Shown piece by piece: positions 13,501 through 24,877 of a stretch of 64,000 bases of DNA. The notes beneath the pieces are model-generated. The model was not told where the DNA came from and did no database searches. It worked only from the letters and a program-made list of their open reading frames with translations. Origin of the DNA: Gekko japonicus (lineage: Eukaryota); assembly GCF_001447785.1 (NCBI RefSeq), contig NW_015172014.1:268868-332867 (forward strand), written 5' to 3'. Both the position numbers and the translations under genes were made by a program. Every line of letters starts with the position of its first letter. Position 1 is the first letter of the stretch.

Positions 13501-14034
13501 GGACCCTCGCCACCTGGGGGGATTTAAATGCCTGGGTTCCCTGCCCAATCTTGAGAAGATCAGGCAGGGAACCCAGGCATGCTTGCATCCCTGCCCTTTG
13601 TCAGGGGGTGTGGCATATTCTCATGAGCTCTGCAAATGAGCTCCTGCACCTATTTTTCTATGAAATGACCCCTGACTCCTCGTATTTTGGAGGAAAGAAG
13701 AAAAGGTTCTCTTTGTCAGCTGTCTCCACTCCGTGTGTCATTTTATAAACCTCTTATCATGCCGCCCTTTAGGACAGTAATCAGGCTTCCTACTGACGGG
13801 CAGCCTGAGTTTGAAGACCACCGCCACATTCTTCAGCCCCACATCCCTTTACAGCATTCCTTCTTTCTCTTCCACTGCTTCCCAGCTCGCGATGGAGCCT
13901 CTAACTTCCTTTCTTCCCCATTCAGGAAATCGTCTCTGTTACAGACCTCAACTAGCCTGGGAAAGATCTACTATGAGCCAGATGCTGCTGATGACATCGA
14001 TGAAGAAGATCCCGATGATGACCTGGATGTCTGA
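1508..14034 (+). CDS. ELP5: Elongator complex protein 5, 5'-partial spliced CDS: join(1508-1568, 2869-2949, 5440-5666 or 5796-6022, 8005-8198, 10726-10827, 11263-11363, 13926-14034)
   Basis: Spliced translation (D)[100 protein letters not shown] matches recalled vertebrate ELP5 motifs. All junctions are GT-AG and phases are consistent. Confidence 0.93.
1630..1835. mobile_element. hAT MITE family A
   Basis: Perfect 8-bp TSD gtcctgtc. Confidence 0.88.
1905..2455 (+). mobile_element. L2-like LINE 3' fragment with (AAAT)n tail; related copies at ~8290-8760(-) and ~20520-21350(-)
   Basis: [31 protein letters not shown]-type ORF2 end; AATAAATAAATA tail. Confidence 0.75.
2869..2949 (+). CDS. ELP5: ELP5 coding exon ([26 protein letters not shown])
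   Basis: Polypyrimidine tract plus tttag|, donor |gtgagt; 81 nt. Confidence 0.9.
4391..4980. mobile_element. AT-rich non-autonomous hAT-like element (TIR TAGAGATGT) inserted in CR1
   Basis: TIR tagagatgt...acatctcta; TSD gacctgtt/gacctgtc. Confidence 0.75.
5440..5666 (+). CDS. ELP5: ELP5 coding exon, copy A ([10 protein letters not shown]...[11 protein letters not shown]...AKVA)
   Basis: ctcag| ... |gtgaga; 227 nt. Confidence 0.85.
5796..6022 (+). CDS. ELP5: ELP5 coding exon, tandem copy B (...[11 protein letters not shown]...)
   Basis: Copy of 5440-5666 at offset 356 with intact splice sites; two exonic substitutions. Confidence 0.7.
8005..8198 (+). CDS. ELP5: ELP5 coding exon ([15 protein letters not shown]...GGKVMQK)
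   Basis: ggtag| ... |gtgagg; 194 nt; phase fits neighbours. Confidence 0.88.
8237..8316. repeat. Compound microsatellite (TTC)n(GTCTTC)n(TTA)n at a LINE tail
   Basis: Read directly. Confidence 0.95.
9310..9713. mobile_element. hAT MITE family A (spans an N gap), inserted in a CR1 tail
   Basis: TSD gtcccatc/gtctcatc. Confidence 0.75.
9721..10385. repeat. Tandem array of ~5.5 x 120-bp units derived from a CR1 3' tail
   Basis: CTAGTCCAG recurs at 9721, 9841, 9961, 10081, 10201 and 10321. Confidence 0.92.
10726..10827 (+). CDS. ELP5: ELP5 coding exon ([10 protein letters not shown]...QVPAT)
   Basis: ttcag| ... |gtacac; 102 nt; aligns to human QWFSILPDF region; donor is weak. Confidence 0.78.
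11263..11363 (+). CDS. ELP5: ELP5 coding exon ([34 protein letters not shown])
   Basis: tttag| ... |gtgagt; conserved LTFNLxLS motif. Confidence 0.92.
11574..12120 (-). mobile_element. CR1 LINE 3' fragment (ORF2 C-terminus and tail)
   Basis: [47 protein letters not shown] is the typical CR1 ORF2 end. Confidence 0.9.
13050..13760 (-). mobile_element. CR1 LINE 3' fragment; related pieces at ~4040-4390(-), ~3250-3463(+), ~30860-31260(+), ~41066-41240(-), ~59270-59445(+)
   Basis: [35 protein letters not shown] and GGACTAGATG tail. Confidence 0.82.
13438..13674. mobile_element. hAT MITE family B (TIR CAGGGGTCATTTC) nested in CR1
   Basis: TSD actcctag/actcctcg. Confidence 0.78.
13926..14034 (+). 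CDS. ELP5: ELP5 last coding exon (KSSLLQTS...[21 protein letters not shown])
   Basis: ttcag| acceptor; conserved acidic C-terminus; TGA. Confidence 0.93.
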
Positions 14035-14595
14035 GTGGGATCAACTGGGATCTGGGGTGATGGAGGGGGGGGACTCCTAGCTGGCCTGCCTGTGTTGTTG
14101 GAAGTACCCTAGAGAAGCTGCTGCAGAGCAGCTGGGCACGAACTGGATGGCTCCTCAGCACTGCCTTCTGGGCCTCACCAGCAGCACATCAGCCTTGCCT
14201 GGACTGTCTCAAAGAACCAGCCAACTGCCTGGGAGTAGATCTCCACGGAGAACTGGAGGGGATGCTTCCTTGACATCGGTTAGAAGACCTTGAGTGGCCT
14301 GTAAGAACGGCCCCAACAGATCTGTTCAATACACCCAAATGTACAACTGAGCAGCATTGATCTTGTTTGGAAGGAGGGAACGGACTTTGGCAGGGGGGAA
14401 CTTCTGCAACTAAGACAGCACAACATGCAGCTGTGCTGTGCCCTTTTTTTTTTTTTTGCAATAGCTTGGGGGCGGATATGTTATTCATTCCAGTGTTTTC
14501 ATGCAGTGTGAACTTTTGACTCCTGTTATGAAAGGGAAAGTGCAGGAGTTCCTTTGGCACACATTTCTGAAGTTTAAAATCTGTAAGGAAAAATG

Positions 14596-14601
14596 AATAA
14601 A
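14596..14601 (+). terminator. ELP5 polyadenylation signal AATAAA
   Basis: Canonical hexamer ~560 nt after the stop codon. Confidence 0.65.
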
Positions 14602-14872
14602 TCCTGCTTTCATGGTTGTCAGACTTCAGGAACCTGTGGCGCTCTTCCTTGCCTAAGGCCCTTGTTGGGCAAACTGCACCCACCCAAGTTTACTTACCAC
14701 ATTTAGAAAAGATAACCTTCACACATTTATCCGCTATTTTGACATATTTATTGCTTTACTGTCCTTTTCCTCCCTTAATTAACTGTTGACCGTATAACCT
14801 TTGCTTCTTATTTAGTTTTGTCTTTGCATATCTTAAAACATCTTCATCATGTAACGTGTTAATTCGCTGTTC

Positions 14873-15146
14873 AGCCAGTTTGGTGTAGTGATTAAGTGTG
14901 CGGACTCTAATCTGGGAGAACCGGGCTTGATTCCCCACTCCTCCACTTGCTGCTGCTGGTGTGATCTTGGGCAAGCCATAGTTCTCTCAGAGCTGTTCTT
15001 GAAAAAGAGCCATTTCTCTCAGAGTTCTCCCAGCCCCACCTGCCTCACAGGGTGTCTGTTGTGGGTAGGGGAAGGGAAAGGAGTTTGTAAGCCGTTCTGA
15101 GACTCCCAGTGAAGGACGGGGTATAAATCCAATCTCCTCTTCTTCT
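14873..15146 (+). mobile_element. tRNA-derived SINE (Squam3/MIR-like) with TTC-rich tail; further copies at ~6311-6560(-), 6885-7110(+), 7148-7436(-), 23752-24040(+), 27250-27533(-), 28870-29152(-), 29543-29819(+), 45251-45533(+), 49319-49601(+), 55996-56278(-)
   Basis: Pol III A box TGGTGTAGTG and B-box-like GGKTTGATTCC; >10 near-identical copies. Family name is from recall. Confidence 0.8.
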
Positions 15147-15501
15147 ATAAGTTTGAACTCTACCTTCCATTCCAATGTATTTGGAAAAGGTGTGCCTTGC
15201 ACACGAAAGCTCATACCTCAAATAAACTTTTGTTGGTCTTAAAGGGGCCACTGGACTCTAAATTTGTTTCTACTGCTTCAGACCAACATGGTTGACCACC
15301 TGGAACTATGTCAAAATAGGAGACGGATTGGGTAAAAGTTTCCTTTCACTTCAGTTACACTCCATTTGTCTCCTCTCAACCATGGAGGTTGAGATGAATG
15401 GTTGAGCAGTGTCATGTCCATCACACCATTTAAAGTTTATACTTATACTGCCTCTGGACTCAGACTTTACTTAGCTGCTTCAGACCAACAGGGCTACCCA
15501 C

Positions 15502-15707
15502 CAAAGCTCCCTTTAAGCTGTGGAGTGTTGTGAGCAAAAATTATCCTTTGTGAGCTCCTGGCATTAAAGTTGTGAGCAAGTGATTTGGCTGCTGCATAAA
15601 CTAGTTTGCTCTGGAGCCCTCCTTCCTGAGCTAAGGCAAAAATGCGTGAGGCGGAGGCTAAAAAACTATGAGTTAACTCACACTAATGCAGCTTAGAGGG
15701 AACACTG
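15502..15707. mobile_element. hAT MITE family A
   Basis: TSD ctacccac/ctgcccac. Confidence 0.82.
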
Positions 15708-15769
15708 CTGCCCACCTGGATCTGTCTTCCTGATTGGTTTCTTTAATTAGCCCCTCCAGCTGTCAGTCC

Positions 15770-16750
15770 AGCCACGCCCCTTGCCCGCCCACTNNNNNNN
15801 NNNNNTTTCCCTAACTTCACGTTGGCCACGCCTACAACTCTGTCGTCATAGCCTCGCCCCTTTTTGGCATCGCTAAGCCTCTTTTCTCTCGCTCGGCTCT
15901 TGAGCGCATGCGTCGTTTCCTCCCGTTGCCTCTTTCGGCGAGCGTGGTTATTTGCCTCGGTTGTGCGACACGCATGCGCCAAAAAGTGCCAGCCGCAACT
16001 TTTTAAAGCCGGGACGCGGCGCACGCGCACCTCCCTTTCCCTCCCTTCGCGTCGTTCTGCCTTCTTCCAGCCGTCCTCAACAGACGGCGCGTGCGCACGT
16101 CCCCCGCGCTTTTCCCCTCCTATCTCCCGCTCCAGAGGCGCGGGGGCTGCGTCTCCTCCGGCTTCCCATTGGACGGCCCCTCTCGCGGCTCCGGAAGCAC
16201 TCCCCGCAGCCCTGGTCGGTTGCCCCAGAAGTGGCCTGAAGAAGAAGAGGCGAGAGTCGGCGGGACGGGGGGGGGAGCGGTTCCCCCGGTGCCGGTAGCG
16301 ACTGACTGCTGCGGCCGTCGCGGGCAGCGCGTATGGCGGAGCCCGCGGGCACGGGCTGAGGCCAGCCGGAGGGCGGGGGGGCCCCTCGCCCGNNNNNNNN
16401 NNNNNNNNNNNNNNNNNNNNNNNNNNNNNNNNNNNNNNNNNNNNNNNNNNNNNNNNNNNNNNNNNNNNNNNNNNNNNNNNNNNNNNNNNNNNNNNNNNNN
16501 NNNNNNNNNNNNNNNNNNNNNNNNNNNNNNNNNNNNNNNNNNNNNNNNNNNNNNNNNNNNNNNNNNNNNNNNNNNNNNNNNNNNNNNNNNNNNNNNNNNN
16601 NNNNNNNNNNNNNNNNNNNNNNNNNNNNNNNNNNNNNNNNNNNNNNNNNGGGGGGCGTCTTCCTGGCCGCCCTGGGGTGGTTGCGAGGAGAGGACCGGAG
16701 CTCCCCCCGCGCCGCCTCTTGCCTTCCGCGGGCTCCTCCTGCGACTTCCC
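15770..16750 (+). promoter_or_regulatory. CpG-island promoter / exon 1 region of CTDNEP1 with NRF1-like GCGCATGCG (15904-15912), CGCATGCGC (15971-15979), reverse CCAAT and ETS CCGGAAG motifs
   Basis: CpG-dense stretch between the ELP5 3' end and CTDNEP1 exon 2. The expected first coding exon is not found elsewhere and probably lies in the N gap at 16393-16649. Confidence 0.7.
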
Positions 16751-16763
16751 CCAGGATCTTGCC

Positions 16764-16972
16764 CAGTGCTCCCTCTAAGCTGTGGAGTCCTGTGAGCAAA
16801 AATCCTACATTGTGAGCCACTGGCATGAAAGTGGTGAGCGGGCGATTTGGCTGCTGCATCAATCAGTTTGCCCTGGAGCCCCATCCTTCCTGAGCAGAGG
16901 CAAAAATGGGTGAGCCGGAGGCTAAAAACACTGTGAGCGGGCTCACGCAAACTCAGCTTAGAGGGAACACTG
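16764..16972. mobile_element. hAT MITE family A
   Basis: Both TIRs and internal sequence shared with other copies. Confidence 0.8.
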
Positions 16973-19430
16973 ATTCTTGTCCCTCTCGGGGTTTGCGGTC
17001 CGGCTTCGGTCCTCTCGGAATGCACAATGTGGACCAGATAACTCTTGACGGCTCTTGCCACTGAGCTTCTCTGCTGGCGGAGAAGCTGACTTTTACACAG
17101 CTCTGGCGTGAGCAAGCTCTTGGGCATCTGCTTTGGCCCAGCCTGCCAAACTTAGGGCTGTCACCTGTGGCTCCTGCTTGACAGACTGAGTGGTGACAGG
17201 TGGGCATTCAGCTGGAGTAGGCGAACCGTTAAAAAACCCACCCCACGGAAGTGGAGGGGAACTTCCCGTTAGGTTATGGCGTTGACAGTTTCCAGTGAAT
17301 TTTGTGTGATTCAGGAAAACACCGGTGACTCTGCAGGGTGTCTTCCTCTCAAATGTAGTTAGCCTGGGGGGAGATAGGCAGTGATGCATCACCATGAAAA
17401 CAATATGTGCCTGTTAAGCGTGACAGAAAGTCAAATTAATTTATCATTTTGCACAAGTCTCCACTTCCTCCTCTTCTCCACTCTTTCCAAGCAGTTTCTG
17501 TTTCATCTTTCTCCTTCATTTGAATTGGAAACCAAAGGAAGGGAAACCTAGACCAGTAGAGACCTACACTTTGGTGCAGCAGGAAGCACAAAAGAGCTTG
17601 TCTGCTGGTCTTACTTTTATCTGGCACAGAATGTTGGAGTTAATGTGATTTAAGCTGACACCACATCAGAGCGAATGAGCTGCCCTTTGTCTGCTTTCTT
17701 TACATCTGTTGCAGTGGTGTTCCAGGGATGCAAGAGGCATGATCTAGGGGAGTCTGAGAGAGGCAGGCAGGATGCATGGGTTTCCTTGGCGATCCAAAGT
17801 GCGAGTGGAGCTAGAATGGGTGGGCATTTTTTCAAGCTGAAATGTTGCTTGTTCTTTTGCCTGTCAAAGTCAAAACAATTATATGAGAAAGGTGGACTGC
17901 ATATAGTGGTGATAATCTTTGAGACTCTTAAATAGTACTTTTTCCTTTTCAAAGGTGCTGGAGAAAGTGACCCAAGGGGTACTCCTCCTCAGAGTAGCCA
18001 GTGCAGTTGTGGGATTAGACAGCACTTTTATGGGCAGTGTTTCCAAGTTTCCCTGCCTCTGCTGTGGGCTCCGTGTTGTCTTGACCTAGTTGCTTTGCTT
18101 CACCTCTGTAAAATGGGACTACTAGGAGCTGGCTGCATTGGTGTGTGTATGGTGTGTGTGTGTGGGGTAAAACTCTTGGCAGAGCAGCTTCTGTACATTG
18201 TGGACAGCGGTGCTTACTAAAAGTGCCTCCTGGAAAAGTACCAGGTTCTCTGTCAGGAAAATATGATCCAAGCCCCACTGCTAGCGAGCCTTTTTTCTTG
18301 TCATTTGGTTCAGTTGTTAACTTTACTGCACAGTGTCTTAGATTCAGGTGGCTAGCCGTGTTGGTCTGAAGCAACAGAACAAAGTTTGACTCCAGTGGCA
18401 CCTTTCAGACCAACAAGTTCAATTCTGGGTTTAAGCTTTTGTGTGCCTGCACACTTCAGAGAAGAGTTTGAGCGGACTCAAACTTTGTTCTAATGCACCG
18501 TGTTTTGTTGTCCCACTCTCCAGTTTTCTACCTTATGCTTCATGCAGATCAGAAATACATAGGCCGCTGTGTGGGGTATGTGACCAAAAAATCTCTTTGC
18601 TTCTGGGGGCCACTGGGTCTCACCAATCAGTGCTGCAAATTAGCTTCCAAGCCTGGATTGGAAAACCACCTTTGATTCCCTTCTGGTCCGAAACAGCTGC
18701 CCTCGAAAGGATTGTGGCAGCACTTAAAATACTTGCTGTTGAGATAAGAGCACTGACGAAAGGGGTGGGACACCAAAATACTCTGGCGTGTGTGTGTTTA
18801 GGACGTCACTAGGGAAGTTACACACTGTGTGTGTCCCTCGCTTGCTGACTTCCCTTCCTAGCAGAGCCCTGGCTGAGGTTGCAGCATCTCCCTCACCCTG
18901 AGGCTAGCGATGGAGGATTGTTTTGGAGGAAGTTGGGCAAACAGTCAGTTGCGTTATACCACAGAGTTCCCAGTGGCTGCTTAGTGTGAAAGAGCTGCAT
19001 TTTGAGAGACTGGAGGCTGTTGAGTGTCCTCTTTGCGGGGCCTTCGTATTTCCCCGCTTCCTAAGCTACTCTGCCAAAGCTTGCGTTGGACATCTTGAGG
19101 AATCTTGGGTAGGACGGGAGTCCGTGTCTGGCCTGCACTGCCCCTCTCCCTGCATCGGCTGAGTCCAGTACTGTCCAAGGCGCTCATGTCTTAGTTTCTC
19201 CCTTGACCAGGCAAAGAAGGAAGGGTGTGCGTGTCGGGTGCTGTTTGGGGACGGTGGTGGAAGGGCAGTCATCCTTGCAGTCAGTACTGCAAGGGGTTCC
19301 CTGCTTCCCTTCCGTGGTACAAATGAGACTCCGTTGGGGAATAAAGAGCCCCCCCCCCATTTGTTTATTTGAAACATGTAAATCCTCTTTAGCCCAGTGT
19401 GGTTTATGAACATGACCATAGGCTATATGA

Positions 19431-19746
19431 CAGTGATGGCAAACCTTTTAGAGACTGAGCGCCCAAACTGCGACCCAAAACCCACTTATTTATCGCAAAG
19501 TGCCAACAAGGCAATTTAACCTGAATACTGAGGTTGTACTTTAGAAAAAACAACTCATACATTAACTTAAGAGGATCCAAACAAAGTAAGGAAAGCAATC
19601 CCAAATGCTTTCATTGACTTAAAATTATTTGGCAGAGAATTTGACACTTTAATGATGGTCTGGGCCTGGCTGGGGCGATGGCACGCGTACCCACAGAGAG
19701 GGCTCTGAGTGCCGCCTCTGCCCGTGCCATAGGTTCGCCACCACTG
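19431..19746. mobile_element. hAT MITE family C (TIR CAGTGATGGCRAACCT)
   Basis: Perfect TSD ctatatga. Confidence 0.85.
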
Positions 19747-19872
19747 CTATATGAGGTCCATAAAGCCCAGCACATAACAGAGCGAGAGAGTTCTCAAAAG
19801 CAAGGAAGTCATATGAGTAGCAAAATACTAGATTTGGGCTTTTTAAAAAGTGATCCTTTCCTATTGTAGCAC

Positions 19873-20030
19873 AGCCCTGGCCTGGTTGGCCCAGGCTGGC
19901 CTGATCTCATCAGATCTCGGAAGCTGAGCAGGGTCGGCCTTGGTTGGTACTTGGATGGGAGACCACAAAGGAAGTCCAGGGTCAATACACAGAGGCAGGC
20001 AGTGGCTAAGCGTGTCTGTTGGTCTCTGCC
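19873..20030 (+). mobile_element. 5S rRNA-derived SINE (SINE3 / 5S-Sauria-like); degenerate copies at ~20338-20400, 23680-23750(-), 24210-24290(-), 26992-27120, 46890-47020
   Basis: GCCTGATCTCATCAGATCTCGGAAGCTGAGCAGGGTCGGCCTTGGTTGGTACTTGGATGGGAGACC closely follows the 5S rRNA core; non-5S flanks are shared between copies. Confidence 0.75.
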
Positions 20031-20523
20031 CTGGGCAGCCTGGGCTTAGCCCGGTTGTCTCATGCCTCAGAAGCTAAGCAGAGTCAGTCCTTGGATGGGA
20101 GCAACGTTCCCTCTAAGCTGTGGAGTCCTGTGAGCAAAAATCCTACTTTGTGAGCTACTGGCATTAAAGTTGTGAGCAGATGATTTGGCTANNNNNNNNN
20201 NNNNNNNNNNNNNNNNNNNNNNNNNNNNNNNNNNNNNNNNNNNNGAGCGAGAGAGTTCTCAAAAGCAAGGAAGTCATATGAGTAGCAAAATACTAGATTT
20301 GGGCTTTTTAAAAAGTGATCCTTTCCTATTGTAGCACAGCCCTGGCCTGGTTGGCCCAGGCTGGCCTGATCTCATCAGATCTAGAAAACTGAGCAGGGCT
20401 GCCATTGTTCCGCTGTGACTTGGCGGCACTTTCCACCACGTATCGCACAGGGCGCTTAGAGAAAATGGTGACCACATCACCACACCCAGAACTCAAGTGC
20501 GCATCCAGTCACAAGGCTCTCCA

Positions 20524-21040
20524 AAGTCATCAGGCCCCTTTAACTACATACTAGCCATGCACTTTGGTTTTAATAGTGGCCGCTACAGAAAAGCCCACTG
20601 GGGGAAAAAAACAGGCCTTGCGAAAAGTCCTTGATGATGATGCTTTCTGGCTCACCTCTGGTACCTGTCCCACAACACAGGGCGATGGATGAAAATGTCT
20701 CAAAACGGGCAGGGCCAAAAGTGGGTGCTCTGGGAGCAGGAACCGGCATGAGGTGTGTAGCCGGCAGAGAAGTTGATACCTCCGAAGTCATCAGGGCCCT
20801 TTAACTACATACTAACCATGCACTTTGGTTTTAATAGTGTTCCCTACAGAAAAGCCCACAGGGGAGAAAAAACAGGCCTTGCGAAAAGTCCTTGGTGATG
20901 ATGCTTTCTGGTCCACCTCTGGTACCTGTTCCACAACACAGGGTGATGGATGGAAATGTCTCAAAACGGGCAGGGCCAAAAGCGGGTACTCTGGGAGCAG
21001 GAACCGGCGTGAGGTGTGTAGCCGGCAGAGAAGTTGATAC
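20524..21040 (+). repeat. 261-bp tandem duplication
   Basis: 20524-20779 vs 20785-21040. Confidence 0.9.
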
Positions 21041-23266
21041 TGGGAGGGCCAGTCTCAGACTGTGAAGGGCTTTAAAGATGGCAGTGAACGCCTTGAACTG
21101 AACTCTGAAGCTGGGGTAAGCTCATACGTAGCACCTCAACCTTCTGAGTAAAGGAGCAAATGCATTCTGCACTTGAAGCTTCTGGGTCGCCTTTAAGGGC
21201 AGCCCCATGTAGTACGTGCTCCAGTAGTCCAGGCTGGAGGTCACAAAGCTTGGGGCGAGGTGTGTAGGGCAGCAGAGGCTGAAGGGGGGACAGCTTCCAA
21301 ACCAAGTGAAGGTGAAAGAGAGCCCACCTGGCCACGGCCTCAACCTGTGTGTCCATGGGTACGGGTGGGTCTGAGAATAAGAGGGCTTTCCCCTAGGCAT
21401 GGGAGGGTTAGGGCAGGGGAGCGATTTGAAGTCTCTGCATTTCAGCTCTGGCCGCCTCAGGCTTTTATCCCATTTTCCCCATAGACCACAGGGTCATGCA
21501 GTGTATGAAACGTTGGCTGTTCATCTGTCCCTTCAGACTTATCGTTTTCATGGTCACTGTCGTAGAATTTCTAGGGGCCTCAGCAGCTGGGTTGAGTACT
21601 TGGTTGGAGATGCCCCAAAACAGGATCGTTTCAGAGGGTAGTTGGCTTGGTCTGCAGTGGAAGAGGTACGTGCGAGTCCAGTAGCACCTTCAGAGATTTT
21701 CAAAAGTGTAAGCGTTCAGGAGTCACAGCTCCCTTTGTCAAACGTCTGATTCACGAATGCTTATACCGTCCCAAATCTTGATCTTTAAGGCGCCACTGGA
21801 CATGAATCTAGGTCTCCTGAAGTAGGAGGGCGTCCTTCCCTTCGTGTGCCTCGGAGGAAGTCTGCCTGGGCATGCGGGCCCCAGAGAAGTGCCCCTGAGG
21901 GCACACAACAGGGCAGGCCTTGCTGAGATTCATCTGTGTCTGCTCAGGGTTTCGCTCGTTCGGGAGGTTGCCCGGGAATCCCCTGCGAGCTGCCTTGAAT
22001 TCTGCTCCAGCAGAAAAGAGAGGGAGTCCAAGAGCACCTTAAAGACTCACAGAATCGGTGGCAGGGGAGGAGCTTTCGTGAGTCACTGGCTCACTTCTTC
22101 GGGCAGTGAATGGATAGGGCAGCCACAACACTGCCAAAGGTATCTGAAGAAGTGAGCCAGTGACTGACGAAAGCTCCTCCCCTGGCTCTTTTCTGCTGCT
22201 AGTAGAAGGTAGAGGCTCCCTTGCTCGCAAGCCAGTCGAATCCGACTCTAGGGTTGCGGTGCTCATCTCCGTTTCCAAGCCGAAGAGCCAGCGCTGTCCG
22301 AATACGTTTCTCTGGTCATATGGCCGGCATGACTAAACACCAAGGCGCACGGAACGCTGTTACCTTCCCACAAAGCGGTACCTACTTGCAGTTTCTTGCT
22401 TTCGAACTGCTAGGTTTCTGCTGCTACAGACAGACTAACACAGCCACCCATCTGGATTTGCTCCAGTAGGAAGGAGGTCTGTGAAGGCAGAATGTCTTGG
22501 TGGGGTCTGTGCAGGCTAATGAGAAAGTCCTTTCTGGGCCCCTGTGGTCTGCTTATGCTCTGAGTTCAAATCCTCCCCGTGACTCTGCCACAGAGAGTTC
22601 AAAGCATGGAAGGTAGTTTCAGAGGTACAGAAGTCTCGCCTTCATCCGCTGGTTCACCTCGGCACCTTGCACTCACCCCACGGGCACTCCGCCAGAGGCC
22701 GGAAGGCGATCCCAGATCAGGGCGGTTAGGTTGGCTAATTTTGGAAGAGGGGGTGGGTGGGAGGGTGTCGACCGTGCAGGTGCATGCCGGGGCACTCGAG
22801 GGGCAGCTGCCGTGCAGTCGTTGGGTCTGTGCCCACCCCGATGCCCTTGCAGGAGAGGGACAGGGCCATTTGAGGAAAGGCAGCAGGTGGGGGACGGGAA
22901 TAGATCTGGTGGCAGGAGGAGAGATAAGGAGCTGTCTCCGGTGGAGTCCCTCCATTGGACCCTTCCGCCCAATGGGAGCGGCTGACTCCCAGGCCCTTGG
23001 CAGAGGGCCACGACCAGCATGGGCTCCGGCTCCCTCCCAGGGGTCCAGAGGGTCTTGCACGCAGGGTCCAGAGAGCTCTTTTCCGGTTGGAGCTCTGCTC
23101 ATTCTAGGGCTCATAAACCTCTGTGTTCAGTGGGGGTTCCTGCCTCCCCTCTTCAAACAGCAGTGGTTGATTTGCCACTGTTAACTTCGGTGGTCAAGTG
23201 TTGGTTTATTTAGTTAGAAAACGCGTGTGCTGCCTCAGCAGAGGCGGGATCCAGATGCCCTGCAAG

Positions 23267-23473
23267 CCATGCTCCCTCTAAGCTGTGGAGTCTTGTGAGC
23301 AAAAATTCTACTCTGTGAGCTGCTGGCATTAAAGTTGTGAGCGAGCAAATTGGCTGCTGCATAAATTAGTTTGCTTCTGGAGCCCTCCTTCCTGAGCTGA
23401 GACAAAAACCTGTGAGCTGGAGGCTGAAAAACTGTGAGCTAGCTCACACTAACTCAGCTTAGAGGGAACACTG
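23267..23473. mobile_element. hAT MITE family A
   Basis: TSD cctgcaag/cctacaag. Confidence 0.83.
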
Positions 23474-24536
23474 CCTACAAGTATACCCCTCTTGTGTGCT
23501 TTTCACACCCACTTTGGCAGTGGTGGAACTCTGATTCCTCTTTGGCTTTGTCCCGTTGCCCAGAAAGCCTGGTCCCCATGACCTTACTTGGCATGCTAGC
23601 AAGTCGCAGCCCGCTGAGGGCCGCCCCGCAGAGCTTTGGAGGCCAAGAGACGTTCAGAGGCATTTTTCCATCGCCTGCCTCTGTGGAGCGACCCAGGGCT
23701 TCCTTGCTGGTCTCCCATCCAAGCACAAACCAGGGCTGACCCTGCTTAGTGAGCCAGTTTGGTGCAGTGGTTAAATGCGCAGACTCTAATCTGGGAGAGC
23801 TGGGTTTGATTCCCCCACTCCTCCACTTGCAGCTGCTGATGTGACCTTGGGCGAGAGGTAGTTCTGACAAGAGCTGTCCTTGAAAAAGAGCAGTTTCTGT
23901 CAAGAACTCTCTCAGCCCCACCTACCTCGTAGGGTGTCTGTTGTGGGGAGGGGAAGGGAAAGGAGTTTGTAAGCCGCTCTGAGACTCCGAGTGAAGGGCA
24001 GGAGATAAATCGAATCTTCTCCTCCTCTTCTTTCTTCTTCTGTCTGACAAGGTCGGGATCGCCTGTATCATCAAGGTCAGGGAAGCCTTGAACAGTAGCA
24101 GAAAGTTCCTTCAAGTTGCAGCTGATTCACGGCAGCCCGGTAGGGTTTTCAAGGCAGGAGACGAGCAGAGGTGGTTTGCCACGGCCTGCCTCTGCACAGC
24201 AACCCTTGGTGGTCTCCCACCTGAGGACTAACCAGGGCCGACCCTGCTTAGCTTCCAAGAGCTGATGAGATCAGGCTGGCCGGGGCCACGCAGGTCGGGG
24301 TAAAGGCTGGGCGACGGGTGCAACTCGCACAAAGGGCCACGGAGACCGTTCCACGTGCACTGCGCCAGTGGGATGAGGAAGTGGCCTTGACCTGTCCCAG
24401 AAAGGTCCCCTTCGTTGAAATGGCAGCAGCCTGGGGCCTTGCGTCTGCGGAATAACACCCAGTCCGGTTACGCTGACCCTCCAGTTCAGCAGCGAATGGG
24501 CAGGGCAGCCACACTGCTGGGACTGGGATACATTAG

Positions 24537-24877
24537 GGGCCGCGGTGGCTCAAGTGGTTAAGACGCCGAGCTGCAGACCGGAAGGTCGGTAGTTTGGCAG
24601 TTGGAGACTCGAGTGCCGCGTGACGGAGTGAGCTCCCGTTTCTGGCCCCAGCTCCTGCCGATGTAGCAGTCTGAAAGCAGGAAAATTGCAAGTAGATAAA
24701 TAGATAGCGCTTCGGTGGGGATGGTAACAGTGTTGCGTGCACCTCGGCATCTAGTCATGCCGGCCACACGACCACAGAAATGTCTTCAGACAGCGCTGGC
24801 TCTTCGGCTTGGAAACACCCCCCCCCAGAGTTGAATTCGCCTGGCTTTTGAGTAAGGGAAACCTTTACTTTTACTTT
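24537..24877 (+). mobile_element. Sauria SINE, near full length; partial copies at ~12518-12730 (-), ~22200-22415 (-), 39001-39197 (+), ~46266-46395 (-)
   Basis: tRNA-like head GCGGTGGCTCAAGTGGTTAAG, body GCAAGTAGATAAATAG, tail ACCTTT-like repeats. Confidence 0.8.

Noticed and set aside
14873-14945. tRNA gene candidates at SINE heads
   Set aside because: A/B boxes are followed by a shared SINE body in many copies; no complete cloverleaf or terminator.
19895-19985. 5S rRNA gene
   Set aside because: Only the central 5S portion matches, with mismatches and SINE-type flanks; treated as a SINE.
19782-20398. ~150-bp direct repeat on either side of a gap
   Set aside because: The second copy starts exactly at the gap edge and is nearly identical; most likely a scaffolding overlap artefact.
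22579-23184. 201-aa (+) and 171-aa (-) ORFs in CTDNEP1 intron 1
   Set aside because: GC-rich, low-complexity translation, no recognisable domain and no convincing splice structure.
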